32,000 bases of DNA. Source: Candidatus Hadarchaeota archaeon (GTDB lineage: Archaea > Hadarchaeota > Hadarchaeia > Hadarchaeales > Hadarchaeaceae). The notes beneath the pieces are model-generated. The model ran no database searches and was not told the DNA's origin. It worked only from the letters and a program-made list of their open reading frames with translations. Below are positions 21,827-28,055 of the stretch, piece after piece. The position numbers and the translations under genes are program-made. The stretch's first letter is position 1. The number at the start of each line of letters is the position of its first letter. The DNA lies in contig CAZETV010000002.1 in the NCBI GenBank assembly GCA_964514965.1, positions 156,445 to 188,444 of the forward strand. The letters run 5' to 3'.

Positions 21827-21954
21827 TGGTCCCGCGGGCCGGATTTTCAGCAGATTTGCCGCATTTGAACCGGCAACATGTCGGTTTCGGCTTGGGTCTT
21901 TGGCCCGCCTCTCGGCGAACAGCCGACCACTCTACCAAACTGAGTTACCGCGGG
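21827..21954 (-). tRNA. tRNA-Tyr (anticodon GUA), 128-nt gene with intervening sequences in the anticodon loop (31 nt) and the T-loop (20 nt); CCA encoded
   Basis: Removing 21886-21918 and 21844-21863 yields a 77-nt sequence: CCCGCGG-UA-ACUC-AGUUUGGUA-GAGU-G-GUCGG-CUGUAGA-CCGAC-AUGUU-GCCGG-UUCAAAU-CCGGC-CCGCGGG-A-CCA. It has the C1-G72 pair and A73 that are identity elements of archaeal tRNA-Tyr. It is nearly colinear with the M. jannaschii tRNA-Tyr sequence as I remember it. Confidence 0.85.
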
Positions 21955-22050
21955 GCCAAGTTAAAATTGGGATTTATGAACTCTTAAGGTTTCACCCAAG
22001 AAACTCGTGCAACCTGCGGATAGCACTCAACTTTTCCTTCCGATCAATCT

Positions 22051-23097
22051 TTACCTCTTGGACAGCACTTTGGAGGATTTCGATTGTTTTTTGATAGGTT
22101 CTCCTATCCACCGGATACGGAATTCCATCTTTTCCCCGTGTGCGAAAGAAAAGCGCGCCGGGTCTTCCCATGAAGGTGATTTACCGTAAATCAAGTCAGA
22201 AACAAGGGCAAGGGCCCGCACAGCTTTTGGTCCGATCCCTCCGATGGCGACCAGCTCCTCGTAGCTTTCGGGTTGGAACTCATAGGCTTTGAGAAGCGCC
22301 GTCATCGTCCGATCGGTGAACTCTGAAATAGTGTGCTGAGTTGGCATGATGAGGGTACGCACTTTGGGCGAGTGCATTAGGTATTCATCGAGCGATCGTT
22401 GTTCTGCTTCTCGAACATAACTCCCCAACCGCTTTGGATTGTCACGCACGAAGTCTAAACTAGATTTTCTCGCTTCATCGCTCTCGCGCGCAGTCATGTC
22501 GAGAACCACTTTCTCCCGGCGATCACCTACAATACCCGAGTGCGGCTCTTCAACGAAACTTTGGACACCCTCGGAAAGCCAGTGGTAGCGCCTAGCCAAC
22601 TGCTCATGCATTCCCTGCTGCACCACGGCCCAATCCCCATCTTCGCTGAGCACGAAAACATGATGATATAGCTGGTATCCGTCTTGCACACAAGCGTTGT
22701 CGACCTTTGCTGTCATCTTGCTCGCGTACTTGAGAAATTCAATTTTTCTGGAGGAGAGAGAAAAAACATCCGCGAGTTTTTGAATTTCGTTCGGCGTTCG
22801 CTTTGAAACCTTACCTTTCCCCCCGCAGACCGCGATGCCGAACTCTGTTTTTATCGCCTCCTTCAACGCACCACACACGGTAGTGGTCAATCCCGATGAA
22901 TGCCAGTCAAACCCGAGCGTGCATCCCAAAGCTTGAAAAAAGAAAGGATCGCTTATCCTTTTGAGTAATTCCTTTCTCCCGTATTCGTGCACGATTATCT
23001 CTGCTATTGCTCCACCCAAAAGCTTCATCCGACTGAACAACCAAGGTGGACATCTACCACCGTGCAAAGGCAGCTCAGCAACACCAACTCGTTTCAT
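22051..23097 (-). CDS. DUF763-family conserved hypothetical protein, with an apparent frameshift near the 3' end
   Basis: 348-aa ORF with the N-terminus ELPLHGGRCPPWLFSRM, typical of DUF763/COG1415 from memory. The reading frame appears to shift at a G4 run (22134-22137), and the other frame stays open to 21992. Confidence 0.75.
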   Translation of the reverse strand: MKRVGVAELPLHGGRCPPWLFSRMKLLGGAIAEIIVHEYGRKELLKRISDPFFFQALGCTLGFDWHSSGLTTTVCGALKEAIKTEFGIAVCGGKGKVSKRTPNEIQKLADVFSLSSRKIEFLKYASKMTAKVDNACVQDGYQLYHHVFVLSEDGDWAVVQQGMHEQLARRYHWLSEGVQSFVEEPHSGIVGDRREKVVLDMTARESDEARKSSLDFVRDNPKRLGSYVREAEQRSLDEYLMHSPKVRTLIMPTQHTISEFTDRTMTALLKAYEFQPESYEELVAIGGIGPKAVRALALVSDLIYGKSPSWEDPARFSFAHGEKMEFRIRWIGEPIKKQSKSSKVLSKR

Positions 23098-23163
23098 CGA
23101 GATAAATTTGTTCTTTAAACAGGATTAAACCTAGCCCCAGCTAAACCGCCTAAAAACCGAACC

Positions 23164-23191
23164 AAAAAATCTCGGAAGCAAGCAGCCGAGA
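23164..23191 (-). terminator. Hairpin plus T6 terminator-like element ending the nad operon
   Basis: Immediately after the stop codon at 23193-23195 the minus strand reads TCTCGG-CTGCTTGCTT-CCGAGA-TTTTTT. That is a 6-bp stem, a 10-nt loop and an oligo-T run. Confidence 0.5.
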
Positions 23192-23192
23192 G

Positions 23193-23408
23193 TCATTTTG
23201 TTAAGTAATAGCCCGCAGCCTTCTCACGAGCCACGCGCTTCGCATACTTTTTCGTGACGAGTTCCGTCAGTGCATTGTTTGCCATCCCTTTCGGTAGGCG
23301 AGCTATACGCATTACATCATCGGCAGTCTTTAGAGAGTCAGGGCTCGTGGCGCTAATTCGTTTCAGCGCATCATACACTTTTTGGGCATTTGGTGTTAAA
23401 TCAGCCAT
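23193..23408 (-). CDS. Small (71-aa) predicted winged-helix DNA-binding protein
   Basis: The ORF lies 4 nt downstream of nadC. Its pattern of three short helices plus a basic wing (LPKGMANNALTELVTKKYAKRV...AAGYYL) suggests wHTH. No family was recognised. Confidence 0.55.
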   Translation of the reverse strand: MADLTPNAQKVYDALKRISATSPDSLKTADDVMRIARLPKGMANNALTELVTKKYAKRVAREKAAGYYLTK

Positions 23409-23412
23409 GTGA

Positions 23413-24303
23413 TTACCTCAATTTTTGATTTCTCCTGTTTGCGGCGAGCTTAAAATCCTTGCTTTTTATCTCTAATCGCATGTCCAACGCGGGGGCCCGC
23501 ATGGTAATGTAACTCGATGATACCACATCCACACCGGTCGCCACGTAGCTCTCCACATTTGATAGGTCGATCCCTCCCGAAGCTTCAAGGATGACCCTGT
23601 CCCGCAGCCCTCCTCGCTTAAGTATCTTTATCGCGCGTATGATGTTTGCAGGCTTCATGTTGTCGAACATCACCATGTCCGCACCTGCACGAGCGGCTTC
23701 ATATGCATCATCCGGATTGTTTACTTCAACTTCCAACTTTTCCACTTGGCTGTCTTCACGCGCTTGGAGGACTGCCTTACTCACCGAACCGACCAGCCTG
23801 AGATGGTTACCCTTGATTAGGATATGGTCGCTGAGTTTGTATCGATGGGGCTTACCCCCGGCAACCTGAACTGCGCGCTTGTCAAAGTAGGTCAAGAGCG
23901 GAGCGGTCTTCCGTGTAGCCGCTATCACAATATCCGAATTTTTCTTCTTAGCCCGATCGATGAGTTGCCGCGTCGCCGTTGCGATGCCGCTCATGCGCAT
24001 CAACAAATTAAGCGCCACCCGCTCAACCGCGAGGATACCCATGGCTGGGCCCTTGAGGCGAAGAATCACATCCCCAGTCTTAATTTGTTGCCCATCGGAC
24101 TTGAGGGCTTTAGTTTGTACCCCAGCTTCATCAAATGCCACCATAGCCTCGTTTATCCCAGCTAACACCCCTGACTGCTTGGCGATAATTTTGGCCTTAG
24201 TTTTGTATTTAGGTGGGAGTAGAGCTTTGGATGTTACATCGCCAGAACCTATATCCTCCACTAACATTTCGCGGATTTTTTTCCTTACAAATACTCTAGT
24301 CAC
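23413..24303 (-). CDS. nadC: Quinolinate phosphoribosyltransferase (nicotinate-nucleotide pyrophosphorylase, carboxylating)
   Basis: 296-aa ORF with NadC family sequence (DIGSGDVTS, RKT.P, HR..LSD..LIKGNH). It overlaps the nadA stop by 8 nt. Confidence 0.93.
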   Translation of the reverse strand: MTRVFVRKKIREMLVEDIGSGDVTSKALLPPKYKTKAKIIAKQSGVLAGINEAMVAFDEAGVQTKALKSDGQQIKTGDVILRLKGPAMGILAVERVALNLLMRMSGIATATRQLIDRAKKKNSDIVIAATRKTAPLLTYFDKRAVQVAGGKPHRYKLSDHILIKGNHLRLVGSVSKAVLQAREDSQVEKLEVEVNNPDDAYEAARAGADMVMFDNMKPANIIRAIKILKRGGLRDRVILEASGGIDLSNVESYVATGVDVVSSSYITMRAPALDMRLEIKSKDFKLAANRRNQKLR

Positions 24304-25252
24304 TGGTGGCCCTCCCTGAAATCTCGAGCATGCGTTCAGTGGCTGCGCGCGCCTTGGTAGCTATATCCGGTGGCACGCGTACCACATGCTTCTTATCGCG
24401 CAAGGCGAGGTAAAGTTTTTCGAGGGTGTGTTTTTTCATTTGTTCGCACCTCGCCGTCTCAAGCGCAGAGATGAACTCCTTGTCGGGAAATTCACGTCGG
24501 AGCCGCTCGACTAATCCAATCTCAGTGGCGATGATAAATCGCTTGGATGGCGATGCCTTGGCTCGAAGTAACATCTGGCTTGTGCTGCAAATGTGTGAGG
24601 CGAGCTTCTGGACCTCGGGGTCGCACTCTGGGTGCACCAGCACTTCAGCATCGGGGGAGCGCTCCTTCAGCAACATAACATCGGCTGGAGAGAACATCCG
24701 GTGCACATAGCAGTAACCACGGTCAGGGAGCGGAATGATTTTTTTGTCGCTGCGCTGCTGCACGAACCAAGCGAGATTTCGATCTGGGCCGAATAGAATT
24801 TCACTTTCGTCAAGAGCGTTGACTATAAGCGGAGCGTTCGCCGAGGTGCAGGTGATGTCTGCCTCAGCCCTAGCCTCGGCCAACGTATTGATGTAAAGCA
24901 CCACGGCAGCATCGGGATTCTCTCGCTTTGCTTCACGTACGAGCTGCGCCGGAAGTTGGGCCGCCATGGGGCATCGAGCTTCTGGATCCGGGATCAACAC
25001 TGTTTTATCGGGGTTCAGAATTGCCGCGGTTTCCGCCATGAAATCGACCCCACAGAATACGATGAGGTCGACGTTGACTTTCGCGGAGTATCTAGCCAGA
25101 TCGAGCGAGTCCCCTATGTAATCAGCGAGGAGTTGAATTTCCTCCCGCTGGTAGTTGTGAGCGAGGATAATTGCGTTGCGCTCGCTCTTCAACTTCAGGA
25201 TGGCCTCTTTCAGATGCTCGGATTTCATAATCGAGTCCTCAAGATTAGGCAA
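24296..25252 (-). CDS. nadA: Quinolinate synthase A
   Basis: 318-aa ORF with NadA family sequence (ILAHNYQ, GVDFMAE, VHPEC, TE.G). Confidence 0.95.
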   Translation of the reverse strand: MPNLEDSIMKSEHLKEAILKLKSERNAIILAHNYQREEIQLLADYIGDSLDLARYSAKVNVDLIVFCGVDFMAETAAILNPDKTVLIPDPEARCPMAAQLPAQLVREAKRENPDAAVVLYINTLAEARAEADITCTSANAPLIVNALDESEILFGPDRNLAWFVQQRSDKKIIPLPDRGYCYVHRMFSPADVMLLKERSPDAEVLVHPECDPEVQKLASHICSTSQMLLRAKASPSKRFIIATEIGLVERLRREFPDKEFISALETARCEQMKKHTLEKLYLALRDKKHVVRVPPDIATKARAATERMLEISGRATSD

Positions 25253-25270
25253 TATTCACAATTTATAAAG

Positions 25271-26098
25271 CTATGTTCCAACACGAATGCTCTCGCTCAG
25301 GTTCCGAAGAGTCTGAATAGCTGAGAGCGCCGCGAGGTAGCTCGTCTTTGGGGAATCGGAGAACGATACATTCCGCGCCTCGGTGACGAGCTCTCCTGCC
25401 TTGCCCAAAACGCGAATCTCGTGAATGTTGCGGTTAAGCTTTGGGTCGGCGACGATACGAACTTTTGTTTTATCTAGTCCTATACCAGCCAAGCTCAGGG
25501 TTGCCGCTACATTAACACTTCTAGGGAATGCCTTAACCGCTTCTCGTGCAGAACCCTCAAATACGACACGAGGTTTTTTTAGCCTCTTTAGGTTAATGCC
25601 GCGTTTCTCAAGGTATACGCTGTAAGCCAGCGTTGTTGACGGCTTCCGTGTTGTTAACGTTACTTTCTTGATTCCACCTAACTCAGCCGCCTTTACTCCA
25701 TCAATGCCTAATACAGCACCTGACGGGATATAGACCCTACGGCCACTTTGCTCAGCTGCATTACGCACAGTTCTTAACAATTCCTCGTCCGCAAATGCGC
25801 CTACGCTCATAACCATAATATCTTTACCTGAGCGGAGGATATCGAGTGAATACTGCTCAACCGCCAGTTGGGAAGATGCCTCGATAACCAAGCCCACGGT
25901 TTTGTCGGAGTATATCTCTGCCGCGCTCCTTGCTATCCGTGGTTTTAAGCTCAGCTTTTTCGCCAACGCCTCGGATTTCTCTGGTTCAAAGTCATGAAGC
26001 CAAGCAAGTTCAACTTTTCCCGCTCTACCCTCGTCTATGGCTTGTGCCAAAACCGCTCCTATTGCGCCACAACCAATTATGGCGACCCTCAACCGCAT
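25271..26098 (-). CDS. nadX: L-aspartate dehydrogenase (NadX type)
   Basis: 275-aa ORF with an N-terminal Rossmann motif IIGCGAIG and the SVGA...PSGA.G pattern of the TM1643-type family. It is syntenic with nadA and nadC. Confidence 0.85.
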   Translation of the reverse strand: MRLRVAIIGCGAIGAVLAQAIDEGRAGKVELAWLHDFEPEKSEALAKKLSLKPRIARSAAEIYSDKTVGLVIEASSQLAVEQYSLDILRSGKDIMVMSVGAFADEELLRTVRNAAEQSGRRVYIPSGAVLGIDGVKAAELGGIKKVTLTTRKPSTTLAYSVYLEKRGINLKRLKKPRVVFEGSAREAVKAFPRSVNVAATLSLAGIGLDKTKVRIVADPKLNRNIHEIRVLGKAGELVTEARNVSFSDSPKTSYLAALSAIQTLRNLSESIRVGT

Positions 26099-26130
26099 CG
26101 AGACCCCTTAAACTTACCACAGCCAACTGT

Positions 26131-27624
26131 TTAATCTTTAGGATGTGGGTTGGACAACGGGTTTATTCCTTGCTCCATTTGCTTTACGTATGATTTTAAT
26201 TTTTTCTTCGTTAAGTTCAATATGAATTTTCCAATGAAGAGTTTTTGTAGGGGGCGGCTCTGGAAGTAATCGTCTGCCATTTCGCCAATCCATTTCAGGT
26301 CGTGCTTTATACAGGCCCCGAGCAGCATCCAGTGCTCCGGCAACATGCCTTTAAGATTGAAAAATTTCTTCTTATCCAGCGCACCTATCGGCACGAAGAA
26401 AAGGGGAACGATGAAAGACCTGTATTCATCTAGTCGTTCGATTAGCTCAACTGTTTTCATGACATCCCCAGGAGTTTCCTTGGGGAGCCCCATTATCAAA
26501 GTAGAACACGGTTGCCAGTTATTATCACACAACAACTTATGGGCTTCCACTACCACCTCCGGCCACTCCTCAGGTTTGAATGGAGCCACCTTGCCTCTCA
26601 TATGCTCCCGCACCAGCCTCGGAGACGCCGTTTCTATCCCTACTTGACCCGATATCCACAGTTCCCCATTGGATTTTGAATTCAGCATCTCCGTTAGGCG
26701 CTCGATGAGGCTGGGCTTCGTCATCACGGATGCAAAAGCAAAGTGAGAGAGCCAGACATTATCCGTTAGTTTCAGGCCCTCCCTAAAAAGTTTCATGACT
26801 TTCTCCTCGTCTGGAATCACGCCTTTGGCACCATATCTAAGAACATCCTCTGCATGCAATAACGCCCCCTCCGCTCCAGCTTTGAGGTTGACTTTAATTT
26901 CGTCTAGGATTTGCTTTATCGGCCTGCATCTATAATTCAAAAGCGTGGGAATGCAAAATTTACATCCTCTACCGCAACCTCGTGCGATTTCAACGAGCCC
27001 GCATATAGTTGGATTTTTTATCGAGGCGATCCGCTCAAGGGGCACAACTTCACCTTCTACAAGCCGAGGTAGCTTTTCGCCATTCAACGCCCGCTTGAAC
27101 ATCTCCACCGCGGTTATCTCGCCTTCACCAACGACAACACAATCTATGCCGAACTTGGCCATTATCCGTTCATTCGCAAGCTGCCATGCGCCGGGACCCC
27201 CAGCTATCACCTTTACTCCATTTTCTCTAAACGAAGAATTTGCGAGGAGTTTCCGGTAATAAAAAGCCGTGTAAGTCTCCTTTCTCATCAAACTACCGAA
27301 TGTCGAAGAAGCGGGCCCCCAACCTAGAGGATCGTTAGCCGTGATTCCTACCGCCTTGGTTTCCTCATTGATAACTTTATGTAAGTGCTCGGGGTGTGCA
27401 ACAGTAACGTTAAATCCTTCCTCAAGCAAGGCTGCTTCTATTTTCCTAGTTCCGCAAGGGGCGAATTTCGGGATACCGTCATGCTCGGGAATCGGCGAGC
27501 AGAATAATCTTTTGTATAACCATTCGGGTATCAACTTGGGTGCACAGGCTGCAAAACCAACGAATATGCCGCCGCCGTAATCGGACATCAGCGAACGATC
27601 TGCGGTTAGAACTATCTCACTCAT
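26131..27624 (-). CDS. Radical SAM domain protein (COG1032-like, degenerate B12-binding-type N-domain), function unknown
   Basis: The CxxxCxxC cluster motif is in IARGCGRGCKFC, and the N-terminus LTADRSLMSDYGG is typical of this architecture. The first ATG is at 27624. The track start at 27636 is a TTG. Confidence 0.8.
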   Translation of the reverse strand: MSEIVLTADRSLMSDYGGGIFVGFAACAPKLIPEWLYKRLFCSPIPEHDGIPKFAPCGTRKIEAALLEEGFNVTVAHPEHLHKVINEETKAVGITANDPLGWGPASSTFGSLMRKETYTAFYYRKLLANSSFRENGVKVIAGGPGAWQLANERIMAKFGIDCVVVGEGEITAVEMFKRALNGEKLPRLVEGEVVPLERIASIKNPTICGLVEIARGCGRGCKFCIPTLLNYRCRPIKQILDEIKVNLKAGAEGALLHAEDVLRYGAKGVIPDEEKVMKLFREGLKLTDNVWLSHFAFASVMTKPSLIERLTEMLNSKSNGELWISGQVGIETASPRLVREHMRGKVAPFKPEEWPEVVVEAHKLLCDNNWQPCSTLIMGLPKETPGDVMKTVELIERLDEYRSFIVPLFFVPIGALDKKKFFNLKGMLPEHWMLLGACIKHDLKWIGEMADDYFQSRPLQKLFIGKFILNLTKKKLKSYVKQMEQGINPLSNPHPKD

Positions 27625-27706
27625 CCATATCCCCAACTGGGGTGCAAATTATCCTGCATATAATCTAGACCATAAGATATTTAGGTTTTTTTTCATATGG
27701 ATAAGC

Positions 27707-28036
27707 GTGGCAAAAATGGGAGTAGACAATCTTATTGTGGAAATATCCAATTTTTTCAACATTCGTTCTACGAGTATAAAAATTCTTGACATTTTGTTTA
27801 GAAGTAAAAAGGGACTTTTGGTATCTGAAATAATCATGCGCAGCAAAAAGTCTGAACGATCGGTAAGAACCCACCTAAAACTTCTCCTCAAACTTTGCCT
27901 CATCAAAAGAAAAAGGGTGATTACTAAAAAAAGGAAGCTTGCCTATCGCTACCTTGCACTTCGAACCCACGAACTAATCCGGTCAACAAAAAAAGAGATG
28001 CGTCGAAGATTGCACAGATTAGAAACAAACATGTGA
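27707..28036 (+). CDS. Winged-helix transcriptional regulator (ArsR/TrmB-like)
   Basis: 109-aa, very basic ORF with a wHTH-like core (ILDILFRSKKGLLVSEIIMRSKKSERSVRTHLKLL). It lies directly upstream of the transporter gene. Confidence 0.65.
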   Translation: MAKMGVDNLIVEISNFFNIRSTSIKILDILFRSKKGLLVSEIIMRSKKSERSVRTHLKLLLKLCLIKRKRVITKKRKLAYRYLALRTHELIRSTKKEMRRRLHRLETNM

Positions 28037-28055
28037 AGTGCTTAAGGGTGCAAGG

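Noticed and set aside
21827-21954. Alternative reading of the interrupted tRNA as tRNA-Asn (anticodon GUU, from the contiguous CTGTT)
   Set aside because: It would need C or A37 placement with no BHB support. C1-G72 plus A73, and the near-colinearity with archaeal tRNA-Tyr, favour GUA. The strict BHB cut also yields CUGUAGA.
21900-22189. Two 60-64-aa plus-strand ORFs
   Set aside because: They overlap the tRNA-Tyr gene and the antisense strand of the DUF763 3' end, and nothing supports them.
27649-27906. Two overlapping minus-strand ORFs (69 and 85 aa) in the AT-rich region
   Set aside because: They are antisense to the wHTH regulator gene and the promoter spacer. AT-rich sequence generates such ORFs by chance.
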